This document shows, one piece after another, positions 50,221-62,875 of a stretch of DNA of 64,000 bases. This DNA is from Veleropilina oligotropha (Eukaryota): NCBI GenBank assembly GCA_048128005.1, contig JBEUKZ010000131.1, positions 124,001 through 188,000 on the forward strand, given 5' to 3'. The position numbers were made by a program, and so were the translations under genes. The notes below the pieces were generated by a model. That model saw only the letters and a list, made by a program, of their open reading frames with translations. It did no database searches and was not told the DNA's origin. The first letter of the stretch is position 1; each line of letters opens with the position of its first letter.

Positions 50221-50634
50221 AACAGGCAGTTGCATTACCTTGGTTGCATCAATTGCAAAAAATAAGAAAAAATATCTATAACTCTAAGAAGTAACCGTCA
50301 TCATGACTGGCCATAACGCTTATATGGACATCGCATGGCAATTGAATGTGACAACATTCATAAAATTGAATGTGACAACATTCAACATGAAAGTTCGCTA
50401 AAATGTCTTCTGTTTATAAACATTTTTAATCATTGAACCCTATCATTTAACTTGTATATGCTGTGGATAATTCCAGGCTATCAAAGTTAAATTGAAATAT
50501 TTAAATATTAAGTGAACTGCCAAGAATTTCATTGCAAAGGGCATTGTTCTACTTCTGACAGCAAAACTCATAAACTTCGTATATTATTCTCTTTTAGATT
50601 ATAGTTATAATTGCATAGACTTTTCTTTATTCAG

Positions 50635-50812
50635 GAACTCAGAAGCTTGTCGAATTGCCCGAAGTTCAGAAGCCGAAGGACGAGGACGTTACCGTGACAC
50701 ACACCATGACCACCGTGACGCGGGAGGCGCACATCTACACGCAGCAGGTCCAGCCGCATTTCTTCCAACCGCTGGAACCTGAAGTGTACGTTCGCGAGCG
50801 CGGTTTAGCCAG
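50635..50812 (+). CDS. TTN: Exon: linker + start of Ig domain
   Basis: ttcag|...AG|gtgcgt. Confidence 0.88.
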
Positions 50813-51234
50813 GTGCGTGAATTTATATGTAAGGCAGAACTGCCAGCATAATTTTGTTTAAATTTCATTGAAAGGTGGTAGACATTACCTAGTATTACAC
50901 ATTTGCCTTTAAATATTTTTTTGCATTTTTGAAGCAGATGTTTTCGTGGAATAGTATATGTATTGCAATCTTGCATGTACTTTTATATGGCAAACCCTAT
51001 TTGTTTATGTTGTGGCATAAATTTTAAGATGTTGATGCCATGAAATTGACCAAACTTATGCTTAATATATACATGCATTAGTTTGTAAATTATCTGATGA
51101 TGGGATTTCTACCTATATCCTATCATTGACTGTTATTAGCACATTTGAGCCTATTGCTTTCCAGTATTATAGTGTACAATATCAAATATACTGCAAAGTT
51201 TCTGTAATTTAATCAAAATGTTTTTCTTTTGCAG

Positions 51235-51452
51235 ACTTCAGTGTCAGGTTGATGCCTACCCACCTCCTTTGATTTCCTGGTTCGTGAATGGAATGGAAAT
51301 CAAACCCTCACCACACTATGAGATATCGTACGAGGCAGGCAAGAGTGCGCTCCTCATCATTGAAGTTGGTCCCGAGGACACTGGAGAATACACATGCCAG
51401 GCCAAGTCGGAAATCGGGGAGGCTACCAGCAGCACAACGTTGTATGTCCAAG
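51235..51452 (+). CDS. TTN: Exon: Ig domain body
   Basis: tgcag|...CAAG|gtcagt; PEDTGEYTCQAKS. Confidence 0.92.
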
Positions 51453-53738
51453 GTCAGTTGACAACGGTTGCTTGTTCAGCATTCTCGGTAAGGCTGCAAT
51501 CGATGGACACCGTAGAATGAGATTTCCGAGCTGTTGTCATGTATATTGACAGTATAATCTTAGGTTTGAATGGTACTCGTGATACACACAGTAGTACTGT
51601 GTATGTAATGCAGTGTTTGTAACTCGTCAGGTTTTCCGACAAAAATCGGATTCAGACAATTTTATCGGATATCGTCGGATTTGCGTGATTTTGCGTCTTC
51701 TGCGTCGGGATTTGATACATTTCCCACTAACTTTAAATGATTACAATTAAAATACAAATACTAGTATGTAAATACTCCTTAAATTCCATATGCCAAATAT
51801 TACGATAATTGGGTTCCTGATATTTAATCAAACTTGATTTTCTGACATCGTACAAGAGCCGATTTGTACAAGGCTTCTGCCGTACAATTTCCCGATGCTT
51901 TTTGTTTACATTGTCCGTCTTTTCCCGATGAATCTTTGTCAGCTCGTTTACTTCCGTAATCAATTCATTACCATTGAAACAATGCTCGGGGAAGATTGAT
52001 TTCGTGGTTACCTCCCCTGACAGCAAGCTATTTTAAGCTGGAGTGAAAGTTCGGCGATTCAATGTAACATCAACTTATTCCGTCATCGAAAACTTTATTT
52101 AAAATTATAACGCATCGTCTCTCACATGAAATAAAATAATGTACAATCATAAGTCAAAATTAAAAAAAATAATTTATTTAACACTCTCGCGTGATAGGGC
52201 CATATGCGAATTTGAAAGCTGAAGTAAAAATGGGTTTACACTCCAGCGCTTACTTATTGAAGACGGTCGACCCAAATGGTGGTTTGTATGGTGATTGGAT
52301 TGTGAAAAAGACTCATTTAACGTAACTTGTGTCTTTTGTAAATAAAATATCCATTAAAGAGGGTGAAAAGGCACTTTACAATTAAATTTTGATGTGTGAT
52401 GTCGCATTAATTGCACAAACATATCAATACCGAGCTGAGCATTTGTTGCATAAGTTGTGAGCATTACATGTATTACTGCGTTTTGGTAAGAAAAATGAGC
52501 AGAAATGAACCATTTAATTGAAAAACTTTAATGTGCATGTGCTAACCTTGTAAATATATAAAATTTTGTACTAAGTATTTGAGTGAAATATGCCTGAGGT
52601 GCCAGGAAACACCATTTTATAAGGTATATTTGTCAAAATTTCCTTCACCATGGGCCCCGCGGTGAAAAGTAGAATATTTATGTTGTCAATGTTACAAATA
52701 CTGGTAATGGATATAAGCCGAATGACGATCTATTCTTAAAAATATCGGTTCAATGGGTCGTCTGAGGATTATATCTTACTTAAACTATTGTTTCCCATTT
52801 GAATATTAATTTGTGCTATATCGCATTATTATTTAAATCATATTATTGCGTTTAAATAATATAATTTAAGTATTAATATTAACAGCAATAATAAATTATT
52901 TTAGTTGTTAATTTCAATACTGATGTCGGGTTGTCTGGATTATTCTTCACATAGCCCGGTGAATTAATGACGGTTCATTGTTGATATAAATAGACTGCAT
53001 GCTTCTTAAAGGAAATCTCATCCGAGCCATCTCGGTATAGCTCGCACGTGATCACCAGTTCAGTTTCACCAGTCTTATTTTTGGCAGCGACAAAGGACTT
53101 GAAATTTATCGCAAACAATAGGGATATTTATGTACTACTAAGCTATCAATGTTTCCACTTCAATCTGGATTTATCACGTTTTGGATGTATTTGGAGTATC
53201 ATATACTTCGTTCACCGGGATTATAAATTTTACCATTCGTTGGCCTATGATGGAGGAAAATTTCTGCTTGCCTATTAATTGCGCCTTTGTCAACTTATTG
53301 GATCGTGTTATTGTTGTCCATTGTCAACTTATTGGATCGCGGCATTGTTTCCATTGTCAACATATTGGCCTGGGCAGCTCGGAGTGATCCATTATTAGAA
53401 ATAATGGACTCTCAAGACAATAGGATGACGTTACAACAATAGTTTAATGGATGATATTGAATTGATTTTCCACTCACAATTTGTTAATGCTACCTGCTGA
53501 CAATTAAGCCAGTGCTAACCTTTACTGACAAAACAGGTTTTTGTTCACATTGATTAAACTGTCGGTGTAACACACGATGTTGTCTCACTTGGTAACAAAG
53601 AATCATAATGTAAAGCGAATTTCAAAAAGTGTTGTCTAATTTTAGCATTACTCTTGAACCCAATAGTGATTGACATAGGAATAGACTGTATATAAAACTT
53701 TTCCTGTTAAACAGATTGTTGATATTCACTTCTTTCAG

Positions 53739-55826
53739 AACCTGAAGTAGAGGAGGTGCCCACGCATCCAGAGGAAGTCATCCAGATCGAAGTGGCTCCT
53801 GAGGACGAGATGACGCCACCCTCTTTTGAGGTTCCGTTAGAATCGTGCCAGGCTACTGATGGTGAAGAACTCCGTCTGAACTGTAAGATCGCAGGTCGAC
53901 CCCCGCCGCAGATCATGTGGTTCCACAATGAAGAGAATATCGATCAACACGACGAGTACGTCATCTCGTACAATCCAGACACCGGCGACATCAGCCTGAT
54001 CATTGTGGAGGTGTTCCCGGAGGATGAAGGCCAGTACACGTGCTACGCGATCAATCCAGCAGGGGAGACAACCACGACCTGCATGCTGACCGTGGTCGTG
54101 CCAGAAGAACCAGAAACACCAATCGAAACAGAAGAGGAGACCATGACAGCGGATGTGCAAGTAGAACCCATTCCCCATGTGCAGGCAGAAACAGAGCTGC
54201 AACCAGAAACACGAGTTCAGGCAGAAACAGAGCTGCAACCCGAAACACGAGTTCAGGCTGAGTTTGAAATTCAGCAACCTGAGAAGGCAGAAATTAAAGT
54301 GGAAGCTCGCCCTGAGACGAATGTTGAGGCGGCTTTTGAAATCCAGCCAGATATTCCCCTCCAGGATGATACAACAGCACAGACAGAGGTGGTAGAACTC
54401 GAGATACAGCCGGAAATAAAAGACTTGAAGAAGGAGATCCTAGTGGAAATACAGCCAGAAACCAAAGTCGAAGAAGATCTGTTCATCCAAAGTGAAATCC
54501 CTGTAGAAGTTGTAGATTCACAGGAAGTCACTCATGTTCAGGAGCAATTTGAAATACAAATTGACACTGAAGCCAAAACTGAACCTCAACCAGAGCTGTT
54601 GGTCGACACACAAGAAGAACTTGCTGACGCGAAAGCAGAGATGGATTTTATAATCCAACCTGAAGAACCTGTCGAATCGACATCGGAGATACATGAGCAA
54701 CAGATTCAGATCGAAGAGAAACCAGAGACGAAGGTTGAAGCAGAGTTTGAGATTCAACCAGAGGTCCCCATGCAGACTGAAACCGACTTCCAGCCAGATG
54801 CGCAGGTCGAGGCACAATTCCAATATCAACCGGGAACAGAGGTTCAAATAGACATCGAACAGCCTGAAACGCGAGTGCAGACCGAGACTCAAGAGGTATC
54901 CCATCAGGCAGAATTCGTCATCGACACCGCACAAGAAGAAATTCAACTTGAAGGAGCCAAAGAAAGTCTCGCCGAATACAGACAGGACATGGAAGCAGAA
55001 TTCCACTTTCAGATTTCGGAACAAACCTTGGAAACAGAGGATGGTTATAACATTGAAGAGTTGCCACCTTCCCCGATTCCTAAGAGTCTATCTTTTGGAG
55101 ACGCAAAAGCAGAATTCGTGATCGGAACAACCGATGTTGAGATGACGCAAGAGGAAGCTGCGGAGCAGATCATTATTCAGTCACCTGTCCAGCAACAGGA
55201 CTTTGCCTTTGAAGGGCCAATAGAAGCTGTAACTGATGGACTCTTCTTCATTAAAGAAGCGGGTCCATCGGAGGAGTCCTTGCCTGGAATCGTCCACACA
55301 GAGTCAGCTGAGGGACAGTTCATCATCCAGGCGCCAGAGAGTTCTACCGAAGAGCTGCGATCAAAAACCGACAGCGACGAAACCATCCCGAAATCTGCCG
55401 AAGCAGAGTTCATTATCCCTCGGCCGATTAGTTCCTCGACCGCCTCTACTGGAGAACTGTCTGTTGAAGGTATAGAAGCCGATTTTCAGTTGATCATTAG
55501 CGAAAAAGCCACCACTGACCAAGTCAAGCCGTCTGAAGGAATTCCACCAGAATTCACAAGCACCTTGCAGCCGCAAGTCTGTGAGGAGGGCGATGAGGTT
55601 CTTATCACCTGCGTAGTCGTTGGGTATCCTGTACCAGAAATCACATGGTACAGGAACGAAGTTGATATTCGGCCCAGTCCTGACTTCAGGATTTCATTCG
55701 AGGTGGATACAGGAACGTGCACATTGAACATTGCCGAGATCTTTCCCGAGGATGCCGGTGAATTCACGTGTAAAGCCACGAATCCCTTTGGTCATGCTGT
55801 TACAACGACCACAATTATCGTTGAAG
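53739..55826 (+). CDS. TTN: Large exon: Ig + acidic PEVK-like region + Ig
   Basis: ttcag|...GAAG|gtaaat; two Ig domains flanking a Glu/Gln-rich segment with repeated AEFxI motifs. Confidence 0.93.
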
Positions 55827-56158
55827 GTAAATATCTTTTCCAACGATATGATGAAAATATCCAATTTAACATTTATCTTATATGGGCTTGTTGTGACAAT
55901 GTATTTAGAATTTGGAGTCGCCATACATAATGGTGGATGTTTCATTTTTACTGAATGTCTAATGCGCCGGGCTATTAAGGCAAGAGTTCAAATCTTGTGG
56001 TCAGCTTTGCTTAAACCAATAGAACAGATGTCTTGAAAATCTGTTACACGCCCTTGGAATGGAGACGTTAAACCGAGGTTTCAATTTTAATGACTGAAAA
56101 ATTGTTGTTCTAAAACTAAACTGGTTAAAATCAAATCAAATTGTGCATTTTGGTCCGT

Positions 56159-56745
56159 TATTGTATCCCCGAAACGAAAGTATCGGGGGATACTAGGGTT
56201 TAGCGTTCGTTACGCCACGTCCGCCGAGAGATTCCTCGTGATCGCTCTAGACAGGCCATTTCTTAACGGAATGTTTTCAAATTTGGTATGTGCATTGGTT
56301 GGGGCGAGGACACGATAACTATAGAATTTGGGTGTGGTCCGCCCTCCAAGATGGCCGCTGTGGCCTCCATCTTGAATTTTAAGCATAATTCCTTGTGATC
56401 GCTCTAGGCAGGTCGTTTCTTAACGGAATGTTTTCAAATTTGGTATGTGCGTTGTTTGGGGCGAGGACACAGCAACTATACATTTTGGGTGTGGTCCACC
56501 CTCCAAGATGGCCGCTGTGGCCTCAATCTTGTATTTTAAGCAAAATTCCTTGTAATTGCTCTAGACAGGCCATTTCGTAACATAATGTTTTCAAATTTGG
56601 TATGTGCATTGGTTGGGGCGAGGACACGACACCTATATATTTTGGGTCACGTGACCCCAATATTTTGGCGGCCATCTTGAATTTAATTAGATAACTATTT
56701 TCTTTTATATATTTGTTTATATTTATCCTAGCGGGGCATGATTTA
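56159..56745 (+). mobile_element. Helentron-type element with ~157-bp tandem core
   Basis: gtatccccg..cggggatac hairpin start; same family as 58085. Confidence 0.7.
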
Positions 56746-56886
56746 TATATGCAGATACCAGAGGTAATTGTCTAAAATGTCATGGAAGTGGATTTTTTTC
56801 TGTTATAGAATGTGAATGTACATGTACATATATCATTTTCTTATCTGCAACATTGTGATGTATGTTTCAATAAATTTTTAATGCAG

Positions 56887-57094
56887 GTTCAGATACTAAT
56901 ATAATTGAGACTAGAGAAACTACGACGACAGAGACAGTTACCACCCGAACAACTCGCGTTGTCTCCATGATTGAGGAAGAAGGCTCGGACGTCACCGTGA
57001 CCGAAGAGAAGCATATCACGTCGATCACAATGTCTCCCGAGTTCACACGACCATTGCCGTCAGTCATCGAGGTGCCTGAAGGCGGAACCGCCAA
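56887..57094 (+). CDS. TTN: Exon: Thr-rich linker + start of Ig domain
   Basis: tgcag|...AA|gtaagg; SPEFTRPL. Confidence 0.88.
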
Positions 57095-57459
57095 GTAAGG
57101 ACACATTTACATACCATCAAAGTGACAACAATACTGAATTACTCATATACAAGACGAAAATAATGTTGCAGTTGGAACCGATTACCGAATGCTATATGCT
57201 TATGTTATTTTACATTAAATTATGTTAATGGCGTTATGCTTGATGACACACTAATGATGCACTTTTGTTATAATACATTAGCAAGTAAACTGACAAGTTT
57301 TGGTATTTTACAGACTGACATAGAAAATCGGTGTAGTCACTAGCATCTTAACATACTATGTGAACTATTGAGATGCTAGACTTTTAATTTACATCTTGAA
57401 TATGCAAGTGCTCATATATTATTAGATAGTTAACCGAAGGTGACTGTGTTTGTTTTCAG

Positions 57460-57677
57460 GCTTGAAGTAACACTCAGTGGTGAACCAGAACCCGATGTTG
57501 GTTGGTTCATCGACGAACTGCAGCTGCTGCCATCAGAACACATCCAGATGCTGAAGGATGGGAACGTCCATGTCATGGTGATAGTGGATGTAACTCCGGA
57601 AGACTCCGGAGAATACACCTGCCTGACTGAAAACCCTCTGGGAAGGGCTACATGCAAAACCACTCTCCATGTTATTC
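57460..57677 (+). CDS. TTN: Exon: Ig domain body
   Basis: ttcag|...ATTC|gtaagt; PEDSGEYTCLTENPLG. Confidence 0.92.
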
Positions 57678-58084
57678 GTAAGTAACCATTTTGAATGAAT
57701 TAACAGCATCGACTAATCACTAGGGATGAGACCTCATTTTTCATGCAATGATCCTGCCGTGATGTTATTGTATATTAAATAGTCTCAGAGTAATCAGTTA
57801 ACAATAAAATTGCTACTTTCAACTTTCAGTTTTGTGTTTATTACTTTAGTACTGTATGTAAGAATTTTATCCGTATTAACCTTTATGGGTAACTTTCTGA
57901 GTTGTTGTGTTGTGAAATGAAAGGTCCATATTAACTTCTATAAAATTTTATCACATGAGTGGAACTCGATTATTAAAGAAACTTTGCCGGATGTACTAGT
58001 GGGATCACATCCATGCAGTCATTCATTCTGAAGATCGAAGTACAAGGAAAAATTCTAGATTTGCTCACCACGCTCAGCCTGATA

Positions 58085-59150
58085 ATTGTATCCCCCGAAA
58101 CGAAAGTTTCGGGGATACTATGGTTTAGCGTCCGTTACGCCGCGTCTGCCGAGAGATTCTTCGTGATCGCTCTAGACAGGCCATTTCTTAACGGAATGTT
58201 TTCATATTTGGTATGTGCATTGGTTGGGGCAAGGACATGACACCTATAGAATTTGTGTGTGGTCCGACCTCCAAGATGGCCACCGTGGCCTTGGATTTTA
58301 AGCATAATTCCTTGTGATCGCTCTAGACAGGCCGTTTCTTAACGGAATGTTTTCAAATTTGGTATGTGCATTGGTTGGGGCAAGGACACTACACCTATAG
58401 AATTTGGGTTTGGTCCGACATAAAAGATGGCCGCTGTGGCCTCCATCTTGGATTTTAAAGCATAATTCCTTGTGATCGCTCTAGACAGGTTATTTCTTAA
58501 CGAAATGTTTTAAAATTTGATATGTGCATTGGTTGGGGCGAGGATATACACCTATATATTTTGGGTGTGGTCCGACCTCCAAGATGGCATCCACGGCCAC
58601 CATAATTGCTTGTGATTGCTCTAGACAGACCATTTCTTAACGGAATGTTTTGAAATTTGGTATGTGCATTGGTTAGGGCGAGGACCCTACACCTATATAT
58701 TTTGGGTGTGGTCCGACCTTCAAGATGGCCACCACGTCCACCATAATTGCTTGTGATCGTTCTAGATAGGTCATTTCGTAATGGCATGCTTTAAAATGTG
58801 GTATGTGGATTGGTTGGGGTAAGGACACAACACATATATTTCTGATGTGGTCCGACATCCCAGATGGCCGCCGCCGAGAGATTCCTCGTGATCGCTATTT
58901 TTTAACAGAATGTATTCAAATTTTGTATGTGCATTGGTTTGGGCGAAAACACGACACCTAGATATTTTGGGTGTGGTCTGACCTCCAAGATGGCCCCTGT
59001 CGCCTCCATCTTGGATTTTAAAGCATAATTCCTTGTGATCGCTCTAGACAGGTCTTTTCTTAACGGAAAGCTTTCAAATTTGGTATGTGCATTCCATCCT
59101 GGATTACCGGTGGATACATATGCGGTCACTCGTAACTGAGCATTCGTGTT
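58085..59150 (+). mobile_element. Helentron-type element with ~140-158-bp tandem core (~6-7 copies)
   Basis: Same head as 56159; ggataca subterminal repeat near 59112. Confidence 0.72.
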
Positions 59151-59187
59151 ATGAGAGCCATGCCTGTAGCTGCTCTTTCTGTTTCAG

Positions 59188-59679
59188 CTGTGGAGAGAAA
59201 ACAAATAGAGATTGAAACTGAGAAAGTGAGCCACTTGGATGAAAGTGAGCCAAAGATCATCAAACAGAAACCCGAATCCCCAGAAGTAAAGGAGGAGCCC
59301 CAGCAACAGGAGCAGGCCCCAGGTCCCGAGGAGCAAGTGTCCCCTCCAGCCTTAGAGCAGACCATCGTTCCCAGCAAGAAGACCATCCAACCCACGCCAC
59401 CAGAATTTACCCAGATTCTGGAGCCGCAGAGTGTTCAGGACGGCGATCGAGTGACGCTTTACGTGAAGTTCGTTGGTTACCCGCATCCAGATATCACGTG
59501 GTATCACGATGGCACGGAGGTGGTCCACACCGCCGACTTCCAGATTACCACGGACTACGACCGCCAGGAGAGCATGTTCATCATCGTCGAGGTATTCCCG
59601 GACGATGAGGGAGAATACACCTGCACGGCCATCAACATCGCCGGCGACGCCACCACCACGTGCACAGTCACCGTTATCT
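59188..59679 (+). CDS. TTN: Exon: linker + Ig domain
   Basis: ttcag|...ATCT|gtgagt; FPDDEGEYTCTAIN. Confidence 0.93.
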
Positions 59680-60482
59680 GTGAGTATTGCAGTCTGCATT
59701 ATCAGACATGTCAACATTTGATTTTGGGTGTCAGGTAGATTTTGTCGTGACACTCATATTTTATCGCGACATAACGATAAGAGTCGTGGAATAAAATTTG
59801 GTATTGTTTGTGTGTACATTAATGTGCGTATGTATATTGTGTATTATCATTTATGCGTATAATAAAATATGACATAAAATATAAATGTTTATTATATTTT
59901 AAGTTTTGTTATATTAAAATAATATTAATATTATATTTACACTGTAGGCCTACATAATTAATTTCACATTTATAAGACAGTTAGTTATAAATAATTACAG
60001 CAGACATGTTCACAAATATCAGACTTAGTTATCATAAATATGGTATCCAGTGTTTCTAAATTCTACAAATGAGTTGCACATATTTGACACCTATTACGTT
60101 TTGCTCATTTATCCAATAATCACTAAATGCCTATTGTAAATTTGTCGTATATGCATACATCTTCAATATTAATATTACTGTAGGCCTAATTACAGGTGGA
60201 GCAGTGAAGATGAAATTAAATCGTTATAAAAATCAAGTCGAATTATTTCACTGTGCTAAATTATCTTTAAATTGTCCATTATTTCCATGGTAAATGAAAA
60301 GATTTAATACTAAACACAAATTATGTTGTAAATGTTGCGGTTCAACCATTGGATATGTGTAACGAAGCCCACCTCGGTAAAGTTTACTAGTAGGCCTAAT
60401 AGGCGTCAAGTTATCGGCCGTTGACAAACGCAAAATAATTACGTTGGTGAAGGTATTTAAGCTTTACAATTGTCACAACATA

Positions 60483-62015
60483 TACTGAGTCAAAAAAGAA
60501 ACTTCACAAAATGTAATTTGAAAAAGTAATGAATAATTTTTCTCTGATGATACATCTATGTATCCGAAATGGGATCCCTATCTTTCGACGCTAGAAAAAC
60601 GTTAGCAAACCCCCCTCAAACTCATCCATTCCTCGTGCAAATGACGTTAGTGCCAAATCAGGTTTTGCACGTGCAGTCGGTCACGTAATCTTCACATCGA
60701 TGTTGATTTCATTTGCACTTGTTTGCATTGGCCTCAGGAATTGAAAAAACACTTTTAAACCACGGTTCTAACGGTACTTTAAATGCCACGATTGTCAAAT
60801 GTGCAACGTGAACGTGCCGTTGGCATGTTACACGCGGGAAGATCAGTTATTGACGTCGCAAGAGCAATGGGATGCAGCCGTCGTACTGTGTATGACTTGC
60901 GAATTCGTCTACAAGAAACTGGCACCACTTCTGATCGCCCAAGGTCGGGTCGTCCACGTGTAACGTCACGAGCAGAAGACCGTTACATCGTCCTACGTCA
61001 CCTACGTGACAGATTTCTGCCGGCTGCACGAACCAGGGCTGAGATGTTTAGAGGTCGACTGTCCTCACAGACCATTCGAAATCGGTTGCGGGCTTCCAAT
61101 CTCCATCCTCGACGTCCATATCGTGGGCCAATATTTACGCCATTTCATCGACGTCAACGTCTGCTGTGGGCCCAACGTCACCTCCGATGGACCCAAAGAG
61201 ACTGGAATCGAGTCGTCTTTAGCGATGAATCAAGGTTTACCCTCAGATTCGCGGATGGCATGCATAGAGTCTGGAGATGACGTCGTGAATGGTATGCCCA
61301 GCGTTGTGTGCAGGAAGTGGACATATTCGGGGGCGGAAGTTGCATGGTGTGGGGTGCTTTCTGTGGGAACAACCGTTCTCGACTTCTGGTCATTTGTGGA
61401 AACATCACAGCTGCTGCTTATCGCGACCAGGTGCTCACCCCTGAACTCGTTCCTTTCATGGCGGCTCATGGCCCAGGTCTACATTTCCAGCATGATAATG
61501 CGCTGCCGCATACCGCGATGTTGACACGAAATTTCCTTCAAAACGCTGGAATCAACGTCATGGACTGGCCATCAAGGTCCCCTGACCTTAATCCAATCGA
61601 GCACGTTTGGGATGCACTTGGGAGAAGGCTTCGTGGTCTTAGACACCAACCACATAATTTGCAGGAACTTGGCGCTGCCTTGCAAGAGCAATGGCGCAGA
61701 ATCCCCAACCACGTGTTCACAAACATCAGGCGGTCGATGAGGAGACGGTGTTTGGCAGTGGTGAATGCGCGAGGCGGCCATACACGATATTGAACTGAGA
61801 AATTTCGAATTTCTATTCTTGTGACTTGACATTCTGTATACACATGTTTTGGAACGGCGGTGTAGCCTAATGGAACTGATTGTGGCACTGTCAGTGTATC
61901 GAGTACATCACACACATCTCAGCAATGAAATAATAACAATTTAACCATTTTACCATCTCTTGTTCTTTTTTAGTGCCCAGAAGAAAGAATGTGAAGTTTC
62001 TTTTTTGACTCAGTA
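60483..62015 (+). mobile_element. Full-length Tc1-family (DD34E) DNA transposon
   Basis: Perfect 26-bp TIR TACTGAGTCAAAAAAGAAACTTCACA; TA target duplication at 60481-60482 and 62016-62017. Confidence 0.95.
60783..61793 (+). pseudogene. Tc1 transposase interrupted by a single in-frame TGA (61278-61280)
   Basis: HTH + GRPR motif, VFSDES, FQHDNA..(34)..E in SPDLNPIEHVW; both ORF halves share one frame. Confidence 0.92.
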
Positions 62016-62439
62016 TATATTCACCCATGCGAGATAATTAAATACTCTGCGGCAAGCTTATTAATACTCACAAACAAAGCAATTTGTCGGAAAATCTTTC
62101 ATTTTAACACAATGCTTACAGTTTGTTAGTAATTAATTAGGCCAAAACGCTATTCAATGGACACCAAACTAGCTTCGCGCACAATCATTTTTCATAACTC
62201 GCGTTGCGAAGCTACCGGAAAGTACCGATCATCTTCATAGGTTTACGTTCGGAAAAATTTTAACCGAATGTGAGATTATTTCTTACCCGGATGTAAATAT
62301 TTTTCAAATCAGTAAAATGTCGCGATTTCAGTAGATTAAAAGATTTTGTTAAGTTTGTCCCGTAAACAAACGTGCTATCTGGTAATCTACCAGTCATTCC
62401 GGTAGAGTTGACAGGTATGCATTATTTATGAAAGCAATC

Positions 62440-62615
62440 TCGCCGACATTGTGGTTAGCATGTTGGACACTCAACCCTGGCTATAAGGTGGGCACAAGTT
62501 TGAGCCCAGCCGGCGGCTTATTCTACCAAAATAATAGAAGGCATATAGCCATAATGTATGTCAGTCAGATCGGAGTCAGAAGTGGTCATGAAATAAAAGA
62601 TTCCAACCAACAACC
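62440..62615 (+). mobile_element. tRNA-derived SINE (family B), degenerate
   Basis: Shares aatgtatgtc[ga]gtcagatcggagt and aagtggtcat with the 13570 copy. Confidence 0.55.
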
Positions 62616-62875
62616 ATTATTTCCATTATATAGATGAAAATACTTCATAGTGATATCTTAATTTCAGTCCGTAAGCCAGCAAGCAATCAATATTATTCAT
62701 AATATTATGTATGTATCAGCCTTAAAATGAATCGCTCTATATTGTTCTGATAACCGTGTGAAATATTGAGAAAGTAACGTGTGACTTCTAAATTTGGAAT
62801 TTTTGGGTGATTATACCAATCCCAGTAGATCGTCTTAATTTCAAGACTTAATTTGCTGTTTTTGCCTTCTTGTAG

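Noticed and set aside
51620..52980. Possible DNA transposon remnant
   Set aside because: Only weak inverted similarity at the ends (cagacaa/ttgtctg); no TSD or ORF could be fixed.
53837..55945. Multiple minus-strand ORFs over large exons (also at 14.6-16.2 kb and 63.1-63.9 kb)
   Set aside because: Antisense shadows of biased coding sequence with no recognisable protein features.
59735..62420. Possible host element surrounding the Tc1 insertion
   Set aside because: Short inverted motifs (ggtagatt/aatctacc, tcgcgaca/tgtcgcga) exist, but termini and TSD could not be defined.
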